From IMG/VR virus record IMGVR_UViG_3300027747_002427: a DNA stretch of 64,000 nt. One strand, 5' to 3'. This document shows positions 47,976-57,421 of this stretch, one piece after another. The DNA comes from a virus (Duplodnaviria; Caudoviricetes). The notes under the pieces are model-generated. The model was not told the origin of the DNA. It did no database searches and saw only the letters and a list, made by a program, of their open reading frames with translations. Each line of letters starts with the position of its first letter. Position 1 is the stretch's first letter. The position numbers were made by a program, and so were the translations under genes.

Positions 47976-48667
47976 TACTCCCTATTACGTTCTCTCATGA
48001 TTTTGATCTGATTATTACGCATTAAATTATTATAATTCTCAGACATAGACATTAATTCATTTTGATACTTCTCATGAGTATCTCTCATATGCTTTTCTTT
48101 CTTGATTCTATTTCTGAAAGCGTTAAATGCTATGCGAGTGAAGTAAGAGAACGGATTAGTACCCTTAACTCTATCATATTTCTTAGACATAAGAGCCTTA
48201 AACATTCTTATAATACCATCTCCTACCATTTCCTCTCTATAGGTATAGTTAATAAAGTTAGGAGCATAACTGAGCTTATGAGAAATCTTACTAACCATCT
48301 CTGCTAAATCATTTGACATATGACCGGAATCATAATATTTGACAATCTCATCATCAAAGTGTTTCGGATCTACATAAAACTTCTCTTTATCAGCTGGCTT
48401 CTTTCCTCTTTTCTTTTTAACAGGTTCTTCTGGTTCGACTACTGTGACTACTTTAGTAACTATTTCTTCTAGTTCTTCTTCGTCTATTTCATCATCTTCT
48501 TCTATATTTTCTTCTTTGCTTGAAATAATAATTTCATCATCGTCATCATCTGAGAAATCTTCTGTTGCGTCAAGATCAATGCCTAAGTGGGCAGCTTCTT
48601 CTTCTGAGTAGTTAATAAAATCATCATTGTTTAATGATTTACGATAATTCTTTTTCCGTGTATTCAT
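47975..48667 (-). CDS. Late-transcription sigma factor (T4 gp55-like) with acidic N-terminal extension
   Basis: FYVD..., KISHKLSYAPNFINYTYREEMVGDG, NPFSYFTRIAFNAFRNRIKKEK. Confidence 0.9.
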   Translation of the reverse strand: MNTRKKNYRKSLNNDDFINYSEEEAAHLGIDLDATEDFSDDDDDEIIISSKEENIEEDDEIDEEELEEIVTKVVTVVEPEEPVKKKRGKKPADKEKFYVDPKHFDDEIVKYYDSGHMSNDLAEMVSKISHKLSYAPNFINYTYREEMVGDGIIRMFKALMSKKYDRVKGTNPFSYFTRIAFNAFRNRIKKEKHMRDTHEKYQNELMSMSENYNNLMRNNQIKIMRERNRE

Positions 48668-50057
48668 ATTTTTCTAAATTGTAAAGTTTCTTCCTTTCGG
48701 ATAAATGTATTTTACCATACTTTGTATTATCTGCAATGTCAAATATGGTAGCTATCTTTTTAGTGTGATGCAAACGAAGTGCTCTGCCTATGGATTGCAT
48801 AATCTTAATCTTGGCTTTACCAGCCGAAGCAAAAATAATATTATGTAAATTAGGTATATTAATACCTGTACTAAAAATTTTAGAAACCGCAATTACAATA
48901 ATATCATTGCGATCATTCATCAAGGATCTAATATTCTCTCGGTCTTCTACTTCTGTGGATCCTCTGATAAAGTATATAGGTCTTTCCGTACTCATACTAT
49001 CTAAAGTAGCTTTTATAATTTCTCCGTGTGCTATGCGGTCTACCATTATAAGAGAATTATTTTCTAATTTGGTTGCTAATCGGGATATAATTTCATTTCT
49101 TCTACTATTGTTTATAAGAAAATCCAATTCATTCTCATAAGCTGCAGTGGGTGATGAATAATCTGAGGTAGATGGGCGGGTGTTATGAATTATATTTAAA
49201 ATAACTATTTTAAAATCTGATACATGAGATTGTTTTTTAAGATCGTCTGTCTTCTGTTCAAAGGTTATAGGACCTAATTTACCTATAATATTCCATTGAT
49301 CTATTTCAGAAGGTGGCATTGTACCTGTAAATCCAAATTTATAATCTGTATTAATAAAATTTAAAACCTTATTAAGTTGATTTCCCTTCCTTAAGGAATG
49401 AGCTTCATCCATTAATAAAATTTTAATGTCAGCTAATTTGGATAAATCTGAACTCTCACTTAATAATATTTGAGTACCTGCTACTATTATAGTAGCTTCT
49501 GGGTCTGGTTTATTATTACCAGACCATTTAGTGACTCCTTTTAATCCATAGGAAGTAAAATCATTAGCGGTCTGTTCTACTAATTGCAAAGAAGGGACAG
49601 TAACTAAAACTAAAGCATCTGGGTCTTTAAGATTGGCTCTTAGACTTTCTATAAGAGTAGCACATATTAAGGTTTTTCCTCCAGCTGTAGGAATTAAAGT
49701 AACACCCCTACCTTGTCTAAGAGCTGATATGACTGACTTCTCTTGATAATCTCTTAGTTTTAAATTTAATTCTTTAATTTCTGGTTTATCAAATCCAGGA
49801 TTGAATATTGTTTTGATTTCTGGATCAATACTATATTCATAATGATTTAATTCTGCAAATGTAATAACATCTTTAAAAAGACCTGCATCAAATTTGCCAG
49901 AAGGGGTTATAGCATATAACCTAGGTTGTATATAAGGATTGTTTCTTCTATAAGCTGGATTAGCTATAGAAAATTTTTCTCTTATCAATGATATACTTCT
50001 CAGATCTCCACTGATTTGAATTTGTTTCTTTTTGTTTATTAAAGCAAATGATATCAT
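48639..50057 (-). CDS. uvsW: UvsW-like SF2 helicase
   Basis: LRDYQ, PTAGGKT, DEAH, GFTGT, STGINIP, QSIGRALR. Confidence 0.93.
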   Translation of the reverse strand: MISFALINKKKQIQISGDLRSISLIREKFSIANPAYRRNNPYIQPRLYAITPSGKFDAGLFKDVITFAELNHYEYSIDPEIKTIFNPGFDKPEIKELNLKLRDYQEKSVISALRQGRGVTLIPTAGGKTLICATLIESLRANLKDPDALVLVTVPSLQLVEQTANDFTSYGLKGVTKWSGNNKPDPEATIIVAGTQILLSESSDLSKLADIKILLMDEAHSLRKGNQLNKVLNFINTDYKFGFTGTMPPSEIDQWNIIGKLGPITFEQKTDDLKKQSHVSDFKIVILNIIHNTRPSTSDYSSPTAAYENELDFLINNSRRNEIISRLATKLENNSLIMVDRIAHGEIIKATLDSMSTERPIYFIRGSTEVEDRENIRSLMNDRNDIIVIAVSKIFSTGINIPNLHNIIFASAGKAKIKIMQSIGRALRLHHTKKIATIFDIADNTKYGKIHLSERKKLYNLEKYEYTEKELS

Positions 50058-50452
50058 GTGGTTTCCAACTTATTAATCTCTATAATATTTTTGAGATCAT
50101 AAGTCATACTCCTAAAGATAGATTCAACCTTTTCTAAATATTCAATAACTAATTTTGCATTAGCCATCTCTTCGTCTATTTTTTGAATAGCTTCGGACTC
50201 TTCTATCTTTCTATCTAAAGCAGTTTTCGGTATACCCGGAGGAATACCTTCTCTTTCATAAGATGCATAAACAGCAGCTCTTATAGTCTTTCTTTTCTTT
50301 TCTAAAGAATAAAGATATCTTTTTTGTTCTATAAGACGTGCTACCCATTTATGTTTAATAGCTGGTAATCTTAATTGTTTTTCTAAAAGATTTAGTTCGT
50401 CTACTTTAGTATCTTCTTCTAATTCTTTTTTGATTTCTTCTATTATAACCAT
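50054..50452 (-). CDS. uvsY: UvsY-like recombination mediator
   Basis: DTKVDELNL...LPAIKHKW helical protein ending RSMTYDLKNIIE; adjacent to uvsW. Confidence 0.75.
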   Translation of the reverse strand: MVIIEEIKKELEEDTKVDELNLLEKQLRLPAIKHKWVARLIEQKRYLYSLEKKRKTIRAAVYASYEREGIPPGIPKTALDRKIEESEAIQKIDEEMANAKLVIEYLEKVESIFRSMTYDLKNIIEINKLETT

Positions 50453-50464
50453 AAATATAACTAA

Positions 50465-50492
50465 ATTATAACATATGGCAAGTAGATTTCAA
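50465..50492 (-). promoter_or_regulatory. sigma70-type promoter TTGAAA-N16-TATAAT, 12 nt before uvsY ATG
   Basis: Read from reverse complement. Confidence 0.65.
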
Positions 50493-50723
50493 CAATTAAT
50501 AGATAATATCATGGAGAACATGAATGCATCGGGAGCTGGTGGAGCTTTCGGCACACCTCAACAAGCTGTATATAATCCACCTTCAAATATAAATTCCGGT
50601 GATACATATGCTCCTAATAATGCCATGAATATTTTTGGATTTCCTAAGATGGCTAAAAGAAAGAAACCAGAGTTTTTAGTATTTGGTAAATCCAAAAAGA
50701 AATTAAGAAAGAAAAAGAAATAA
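50475..50723 (+). CDS. Small hypothetical protein with basic C-terminus
   Basis: Divergent from uvsY; TAATG coupling to the next gene. Confidence 0.65.
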   Translation: MASRFQQLIDNIMENMNASGAGGAFGTPQQAVYNPPSNINSGDTYAPNNAMNIFGFPKMAKRKKPEFLVFGKSKKKLRKKKK

Positions 50724-51157
50724 TGGATAATGGCCATTGGATATTAGAAGATGGTGTAGAAATAAAAGAAGACACCTTTGGATTTATATACGAAATAACC
50801 AATACGGTTACAAATAGAAAATATATTGGCAAGAAACAATGTATTTCACGTTTTAAACGCAAACCTTTGAAGGGCAAAAAAAATAAACGTATAGACTATA
50901 AAGAATCAGACTGGAAGAAATATACAAGTTCTTCTAATGAATTAAATGCTGATATAGAAAAATATGGCAAGGATAAATTTACGTTTAAGATATTAAAAGC
51001 TTGTGGGTCTAAGTGGGAAAATGCTTACTTTGAAATAAAGGAACAATTAGAACGTAATGTTTTAATGAGAGATGATTATTATAACGGTATAATTAATGTT
51101 CGTATAGGTACTCCACCAAAAGAAATCAAGTTAAAATTCCAGTCGGAGGTTAAGTAG
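50723..51157 (+). CDS. GIY-YIG nuclease (T4 EndoII/Seg-like, short)
   Basis: GFIYEITN...KYIGKKQ...WKKYTSSS...FTFKIL...YYNGIIN. Confidence 0.85.
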   Translation: MDNGHWILEDGVEIKEDTFGFIYEITNTVTNRKYIGKKQCISRFKRKPLKGKKNKRIDYKESDWKKYTSSSNELNADIEKYGKDKFTFKILKACGSKWENAYFEIKEQLERNVLMRDDYYNGIINVRIGTPPKEIKLKFQSEVK

Positions 51158-51161
51158 TAAA

Positions 51162-51719
51162 ATGGCTAAAACTCAATGCATCTATTGTTCTTCCTCAACT
51201 TATGGAAGACCATGTCTTTATTCACCTACTAATACCCACGTTCATATGGATGAACCGGGTAAGTGCATTTATTGTGGTTCTCCTCATGTAGGTGGTGGCT
51301 GTATTTATAATCCATATGGAACCCAACACGTTAAGGGACCGGAATATCTTATAAGTGCTAAGATAAAAACAGAAAAGGCTATAGTTTTAAATTATCTTTT
51401 AAATAAAATAGGAGCTGAAGTTATAAGTGAATCTTATACATCTCCTTTGGATAGATTTTACAAAAGAATTGTTAATATAATATTAACAACTGCAGAACCC
51501 TTATTAGAAGCATTGGGTTTACAACAAGCTTCAATTCATTCTAGATTAGAAAAACAGCAACTTATAACAGCTTTAGAATATAAACATAAATTTAAAAAAC
51601 ATTTCAGTGAATTAAACAAAACCATATCAGAAGCTGGAATGCAATTACCACCAGAAATTGTGGAAGAATATCTCGTTGATGCTATAATAGATAGCAAAGA
51701 TGGAGAGTCGAAGAATTAA
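51162..51719 (+). CDS. Hypothetical protein with tandem CIYC...C...HV metal-binding repeats
   Basis: CIYCSSSTYGRPCLYSPTNTHVH / CIYCGSPHVGGGCIYNPYGTQHVK. Confidence 0.75.
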   Translation: MAKTQCIYCSSSTYGRPCLYSPTNTHVHMDEPGKCIYCGSPHVGGGCIYNPYGTQHVKGPEYLISAKIKTEKAIVLNYLLNKIGAEVISESYTSPLDRFYKRIVNIILTTAEPLLEALGLQQASIHSRLEKQQLITALEYKHKFKKHFSELNKTISEAGMQLPPEIVEEYLVDAIIDSKDGESKN

Positions 51720-52197
51720 AGATTACCTAGTATATTATATTCCTCAGAGGGTTATTATATTCCCTATAAATGAGTATCAGGAAGTAATAATAGATAATAT
51801 TGTAAAAAATTTCTTGGAGTGGGGATTGCTAGACAATAAAGTTATTAGCTGTAAAGAAAAATATTTTAAATATTTTTTAGAAAAAGAAATAGATTCTATT
51901 TTAGATTCTTTTAGAATGATGTTTTCAAACCTAAATGTAAAGATATTAACGGTTTATAGAAATGCTGAAATTAGTGATTCTTATAAACATTGGTTTGAAG
52001 ATAATACGCGCTTTAGCAAAACTTTGGTTAAAACACTTAAGAAAAAAACAAAATATTTTAAAGAAATAAAAAAAGATAACTTGTTGTTTATCAACACAGA
52101 AGGAAATTTTCAAGGCATTAAATTAGGAGTACCTTCTGGAGAAGAGATGGAATTTTTGCAAAAAGCCCTTGCAAAATCAAATACCCCAAATAATTAG
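51700..52197 (+). CDS. Hypothetical protein
   Basis: 165-aa ORF overlapping the upstream stop. Confidence 0.65.
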   Translation: MESRRIKDYLVYYIPQRVIIFPINEYQEVIIDNIVKNFLEWGLLDNKVISCKEKYFKYFLEKEIDSILDSFRMMFSNLNVKILTVYRNAEISDSYKHWFEDNTRFSKTLVKTLKKKTKYFKEIKKDNLLFINTEGNFQGIKLGVPSGEEMEFLQKALAKSNTPNN

Positions 52198-52292
52198 AGT
52201 TAGGAAGCCTCGGTACCTTCTTTATAAAACGGGCGTATAAAAATTACTCTTTATCTACTAAAGTAGCAATTTTTAAATAAGTATAAAAGTAA

Positions 52293-52859
52293 ATGTATTA
52301 TCCTAATAATAGTCTAAGTGACGATATAACACCCGTAAACGATTTTTTCTTAAAACAAGCGAAGCCTTACATAAGAAACGTAAAACCTTATACATTTAGT
52401 TTATCTAACACAATTTCTTCTTCTCAGAGAGTTATTATTTCTGGTAAGAATTTCTTCTCTATTTCTAATATCTTTTTAAGTGGTTCTAATCCATCCATGT
52501 TAGATGGTGTTACATTTTTTAATCTTTTTTCATCAGAACCTAGATTATCAGCAATAAACCCTTCATTCAGTGCTGTAGAGATTCCTACATTTACACAAAT
52601 AGATAATGTTATATATTTTGATATACCACCTATAAAACAAAATGGATTTTTAGATGTTATTGTTTTGAATGAGGCTGGATATGGAGTATTGTCTAGAGAC
52701 AGCTATAAACAAAGCTTAAGTGCTTTAAGAAGACTTCAATTACCGAGTATCTACGGTATTAAAGTAGGTACATTTGACAATAAAAACATATATTTTGCTT
52801 CTCAAACCAGTGTATGGTTCATTACAGAAAATAATATACCACTGTCATTGGAGAATTAA
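52293..52859 (+). CDS. IPT/TIG (Ig-like) domain structural protein
   Basis: VIISGKNF...IYFDIPP...LDVIVLNEAGYG pattern; precedes the fibre gene. Confidence 0.55.
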   Translation: MYYPNNSLSDDITPVNDFFLKQAKPYIRNVKPYTFSLSNTISSSQRVIISGKNFFSISNIFLSGSNPSMLDGVTFFNLFSSEPRLSAINPSFSAVEIPTFTQIDNVIYFDIPPIKQNGFLDVIVLNEAGYGVLSRDSYKQSLSALRRLQLPSIYGIKVGTFDNKNIYFASQTSVWFITENNIPLSLEN

Positions 52860-52878
52860 AGGATAATTATATCAAATA

Positions 52879-55800
52879 ATGAGCATCAAATTTTCAGATT
52901 TACCTTTTTTACAAACCTTACAAAACGGAGATATTATTCCTATCGTAAGAGACAATACAAATTATATAGTAAATGGAAAATCTTTATACAATTCTTTAAC
53001 TGGTAATTTTTATGATTCTTTATATACATCTTTGACTGGTAATTTCATAAGCCCAGCAGCATTAAACACAGCCATTGCTCCTTTACTTCCAATTACAATT
53101 TACCAAAATGCCTCTGGTTCATTTGCAACATATACAGCATTAAATAATGCCACCAGTATTTTACTCCCAACAAGCGTATTTCAAAATGTTTCTGCTACTT
53201 TATTAACAAGAAGTGATTATAAAGCATCTTCGGCCACTTTACTCCCTACAAGTGTTTATCAATCTGGATCCGCTCTTCTCTTAACAAAAACAGATTACAA
53301 TTCTACTTCTGCCACTTTACTTCCGATTACAATTTATCAAAATGCTTCCGGTTCTTTTGCAACCTATACATCATTAAATGCAGCCTCTGGACTTTTAACT
53401 CTTTTAACAACTACAAGTAATCTTACAAGTCAATTAGTTCTTAACACGGTTATTAATTCTTTGACTGGTAATTGGAATAGTGCATATGCTTCTACAACGG
53501 CTTTGAACCTTTCTTCCGCTAAATGGAATAGTGCATATATAACTACATCTTCTCTCAATCTTTCTTCCGCTAAATGGAATAGTGCATATATAACTACATC
53601 TTCTCTAAATCTTTCTTCTTTCAATTGGAACAATGTTTATACAACAACTAAAGCTAATTCTGGTAACTGGCAGATTAAAGATAGACTTATAGCTGGTAGT
53701 TCTTCTGTAACTTTAAATGCAGCTGATGGTATATTAAATTTTGTTGGACCAGGTTATAATCCGGGTGGTTATATAAACCTTGGAAGGGGTTCTAGTTATA
53801 CCAATGTTGCTGGATGTATTATAGCATCTTCATCTAATTCCGGATATTATTCAGGTGCTGGTAGTCTTAATATGTCGTCTGGATCCGGGGATTATGATTT
53901 AGGAGGATATATTAAAACATGCAATTCTGGTGGATATATTAATACAATATGTCAAGGTGGTTCTATTAATACTTGTATTTATGGTGGTTCTATTAATACT
54001 TCTATTTGCGGTGGTTGTATTATTACATCTGGTTGTTGTAATATAGTCGGTGGCTCTATAACAACTAATGCCGGAATTTGTTCTAACGCCGGTGGTTCTA
54101 TTAATACAGCAGCCGGTACTAAACAAGCAGATAGTTATTTAAAAACCATAATCGTATCCGGTAATGATCCAAGAGGTGGGGGTGACGGAAATTATACCCG
54201 TTCTTTTAGTAATCCAGGCACTCGCGGAGCAACTACTAATTTAAATAATACATATTCTCAAATTGATGGATTTTCTATAATTTATCAAGATTATGGTGAG
54301 GGGGATTATTATTGGTATATAATTTCTAGAGACTCTGGAGATGGTAGTGGTTATTATCCAGATACAGTGCCTATTTACTCTTCATACCCTTATCAATATC
54401 TTTTTAATGATCAGACTTGGAATGCTTTTGGTGATTATGGACAAGCTCCGCAAGTAACATCAACTACTTTTTATCAACCAGTCACAAGCATCAGACCAGG
54501 AGCCGGTGGACTTATTAATACTGGTGGTGGGTATGCTAATTTAATATTTTCTGGTCTTAATGGAGGAAGCATTAATACTTCTGATGGTGGTGGTTCTATA
54601 AACACTAGCCTTAGCGGTGGATCTATTTGTACAGCTGGTGCTTGGACAAATATCTGTAAATTTGCTTTAGGAGGTTCAATTAATACTTCTGCAGACCCTG
54701 CTAGTATTAATCGTTGTGGAGGAAGTATTGACACAAGTGCAAATTCTGGATTTGCCGGTGGATCTATTTGTACTCGAGCCGGTGGTTCTATTAATACAAG
54801 TTGTGCAGGAGGTTCAATTAATACTTCAGGTAGTGGTGGTGGAGCTGGTGGTTCTATTAATACTTCAGGTTGTAATGGTGGAGCTGGTGGTTCTATTAAT
54901 ACAAGAAGTCAATCTAGTGTCAATGCTCCGGGTTCAATAAACACATCATCTGGTACCACTATAGGATCTATAGGTGGTAATATTAATACATATGGTTCTT
55001 GTGGCAATAGAGGTGGTTGTATTAATACTTCTGGTGGTAATACAGGTGCTGGTGGATCTATTAACACATCAAATGGTGGTGGTTATATTGACACTACTGG
55101 TGTTGGTACCATTCAATTAGGTTCTACTGGAACAAGAACAACTTTAACCGGTTCAGCTACAGCAAATAGAAGTATTAATTTACCTAATAATAATGGTACT
55201 ATTGCCCTTACAACTGATCTTTTATCAGTTAGTGGAACAGCCAATCAAATAACAGCAACCAAGTCTGGTCAAAATGTTACATTTAGCTTACCAAGTACCG
55301 CTGTATTCCCTGGTAGTGTAACAGTTCAAGGAAATTTAACGGTATCTGGTAGTGCTACATATATCAATGCCAATAATTTAATTGTTAATGATAATTTAAT
55401 TTATTTTGCAGCAAGCAACCCAGCTAATACTTTAGACATTGGCATGGTTGGTCATTTTACCCAAGAACCTCTTGGTTATAATCATTCCGGACTTGTTAGA
55501 AAATCTGGTGGTAGTACACCAGGTACCTGGACATTATTTTCTGGTTTAACATCCGAACCTCTATCAGCTTCTAATATCGATTGGGCTGATAATAACATTG
55601 TTGTAGATAGTTTAAGCGCCAATTTAATTGGTAATGTAACTGGTAATTTAATTACAACTCCTAATGGTACCAGTAATGATTGGAATAACAGCTTTGTTAA
55701 TAACATTATCAATTGGTCAACAGACGCAGTTACACCTTCGGTTAATGCTGCTGATAATGGTACTCGAGTAAAAACCCTTGGAGCAGGTGCTACAGTAACT

Positions 55801-56430
55801 TCTTCAAATTTATATGATAACAATGGTATATATTTTACTATAAATGGTGCTAATGTAAATGGATATGCCACGGCAACCGGATTAATTCCTACATCTCACA
55901 TATTCAACGGTCGAATGGCTGGAGGAGATAATACCATGCAATGGATTTACCCAATGATAACAACCTGGGATGTAGACTTTCAATGGAATTCTGGAGCCCC
56001 TGCTCCAAATAGTGGATTTAGTGCTTATTTTAATTTAGGATCTTCAGCAACAGATTACCTCAGTGGATCACTATTAAAAGCCAGAACTATAGCTAATGTG
56101 CCTAAAAAAGGATATAGTTTTTATCTTAACGGTAATAAAATGGTTGGTCAAGTTTGTGATGGTACAAATCTTACTTCTACCTCTCTTTCAGCTACAGTTT
56201 TAGCAAGAAGAATTAATCGTCTCGCGGCATATTTTGATGGTTCTAATGTTAATTTTTATTTTAATGGCACTTCTCTAGGTACTTTAGCTGGACCCGGAGG
56301 AACTGAAGGATGGGATTATGGTTCTATTTCTGCTAGTTTAATAAATAATGGTACTTACGTACCACCTTATAATAATGAAAACGCATTCCTTCTTTATAAA
56401 GTATCTCATAGCTTTAAGGTTGGAAATTAA
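52879..56430 (+). CDS. Long tail fibre / adhesin with GGSINT repeats and a C-terminal lectin-like head
   Basis: 1183 aa; IYQNASG and WNSAY shaft repeats, about 25 GGxIxT repeats, module shared with the 62343 gene. Confidence 0.85.
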   Translation: MSIKFSDLPFLQTLQNGDIIPIVRDNTNYIVNGKSLYNSLTGNFYDSLYTSLTGNFISPAALNTAIAPLLPITIYQNASGSFATYTALNNATSILLPTSVFQNVSATLLTRSDYKASSATLLPTSVYQSGSALLLTKTDYNSTSATLLPITIYQNASGSFATYTSLNAASGLLTLLTTTSNLTSQLVLNTVINSLTGNWNSAYASTTALNLSSAKWNSAYITTSSLNLSSAKWNSAYITTSSLNLSSFNWNNVYTTTKANSGNWQIKDRLIAGSSSVTLNAADGILNFVGPGYNPGGYINLGRGSSYTNVAGCIIASSSNSGYYSGAGSLNMSSGSGDYDLGGYIKTCNSGGYINTICQGGSINTCIYGGSINTSICGGCIITSGCCNIVGGSITTNAGICSNAGGSINTAAGTKQADSYLKTIIVSGNDPRGGGDGNYTRSFSNPGTRGATTNLNNTYSQIDGFSIIYQDYGEGDYYWYIISRDSGDGSGYYPDTVPIYSSYPYQYLFNDQTWNAFGDYGQAPQVTSTTFYQPVTSIRPGAGGLINTGGGYANLIFSGLNGGSINTSDGGGSINTSLSGGSICTAGAWTNICKFALGGSINTSADPASINRCGGSIDTSANSGFAGGSICTRAGGSINTSCAGGSINTSGSGGGAGGSINTSGCNGGAGGSINTRSQSSVNAPGSINTSSGTTIGSIGGNINTYGSCGNRGGCINTSGGNTGAGGSINTSNGGGYIDTTGVGTIQLGSTGTRTTLTGSATANRSINLPNNNGTIALTTDLLSVSGTANQITATKSGQNVTFSLPSTAVFPGSVTVQGNLTVSGSATYINANNLIVNDNLIYFAASNPANTLDIGMVGHFTQEPLGYNHSGLVRKSGGSTPGTWTLFSGLTSEPLSASNIDWADNNIVVDSLSANLIGNVTGNLITTPNGTSNDWNNSFVNNIINWSTDAVTPSVNAADNGTRVKTLGAGATVTSSNLYDNNGIYFTINGANVNGYATATGLIPTSHIFNGRMAGGDNTMQWIYPMITTWDVDFQWNSGAPAPNSGFSAYFNLGSSATDYLSGSLLKARTIANVPKKGYSFYLNGNKMVGQVCDGTNLTSTSLSATVLARRINRLAAYFDGSNVNFYFNGTSLGTLAGPGGTEGWDYGSISASLINNGTYVPPYNNENAFLLYKVSHSFKVGN
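53509..53618 (+). repeat. 51-bp tandem repeat x2 (LSSAKWNSAYITTSSLN)
   Basis: Near-identical copies at 53509-53559 and 53560-53610. Confidence 0.9.
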
Positions 56431-56444
56431 AAAAAAATATTATT

Positions 56445-56472
56445 TTGACAATTAATAAAATTGTTATAATAT
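56445..56472 (+). promoter_or_regulatory. sigma70-type promoter TTGACA-N16-TAATAT, 7 nt before ATG 56480, overlapped by the imperfect inverted repeat TGACAATT...AATTGTTA
   Basis: Read directly. Confidence 0.6.
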
Positions 56473-56479
56473 ATAAGAT

Positions 56480-57421
56480 ATGTCAGACAAATATGTTATT
56501 TTCCATATAGATGGAGGATGTGGCAAATCTATAGTTGGTACTTCTGTTGTTAAGTCTATTAAAAAGGCTTATCCTGAACATAAATTAATTGTTGTAACCG
56601 CCTATCCTGAAGTTTTTATACATAATCCTAACATTTTCAGAGTTTATAAATTTGGTCACATTCCTTATTTTTATGATGATTATATAAGCAATAAAGAATC
56701 AATTATTTTACGAATGGAACCATATCATTCAGGTGATCTTCTTTATAAGAAAAAATCATTATCAGAAATTTGGTGTGATGTTTTTAATATACCATTTGTT
56801 GACAGTAAACCAGAAATCTTTTTGACAGAAAGAGAGCTTATATATGCTCAGAATCAATTACAAAAAGAAGGACCAATTTTAATAATCCAATCTTCTGGCG
56901 GAGCAGAAAATCAAGGTTATCCTTATTCTTGGTCTAGAGATCTTCCACCATCATTTACTCAAGAAATAGTAGATACGGTAAAAGATAAATTTAATAAAAT
57001 ATTACATATAAGAAGAGACAATCAACCAGAATTACAAAACACTATTAAAATATCAGATAATTTTAGAAATTTATTTTCTTATATAAGTCTTGGTGATAAA
57101 TTTTTATGCATAGATTCTTTTGTACAACATACTGCTGCAGCTTTTAATAAGAAGGCTACAGTTGGGTGGATTTCAAATTCACCAGTTGTTTTTGGTCATG
57201 AAATTCATGATAACATTTTAGCATCTGGATCAGAATCATTTAGACATCGTATAGATTCTTACCTAGAGTCTGATGATTGGACTGGAGGAAGATTCCATGA
57301 ATGTCCATATGATAATATAAAAAATCTTTTTGATAAAGATCAATTTATAGAATCTATTTTAGGATCTAAAAATGATTTAATATTTGATATTCAGTCTCAA
57401 CCTGAAATTAAATTTGCATGA
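56480..57421 (+). CDS. GT9-like (heptosyltransferase-fold) glycosyltransferase
   Basis: GGCGKSIVGTSVVKSIKKAYP..LIVVTAYPEVFIHNPNI; FLCIDSFVQHTAAAFNK mirrors GT9 GGLGD...and DSG.MH.AAA motifs. Confidence 0.7.
   Translation: MSDKYVIFHIDGGCGKSIVGTSVVKSIKKAYPEHKLIVVTAYPEVFIHNPNIFRVYKFGHIPYFYDDYISNKESIILRMEPYHSGDLLYKKKSLSEIWCDVFNIPFVDSKPEIFLTERELIYAQNQLQKEGPILIIQSSGGAENQGYPYSWSRDLPPSFTQEIVDTVKDKFNKILHIRRDNQPELQNTIKISDNFRNLFSYISLGDKFLCIDSFVQHTAAAFNKKATVGWISNSPVVFGHEIHDNILASGSESFRHRIDSYLESDDWTGGRFHECPYDNIKNLFDKDQFIESILGSKNDLIFDIQSQPEIKFA

Noticed and set aside
52198-52292. 95-nt intergenic gap as a possible ncRNA or terminator
   Set aside because: Only 4-5 bp weak stems; better explained as a late-promoter region (TAAATA at 52274).
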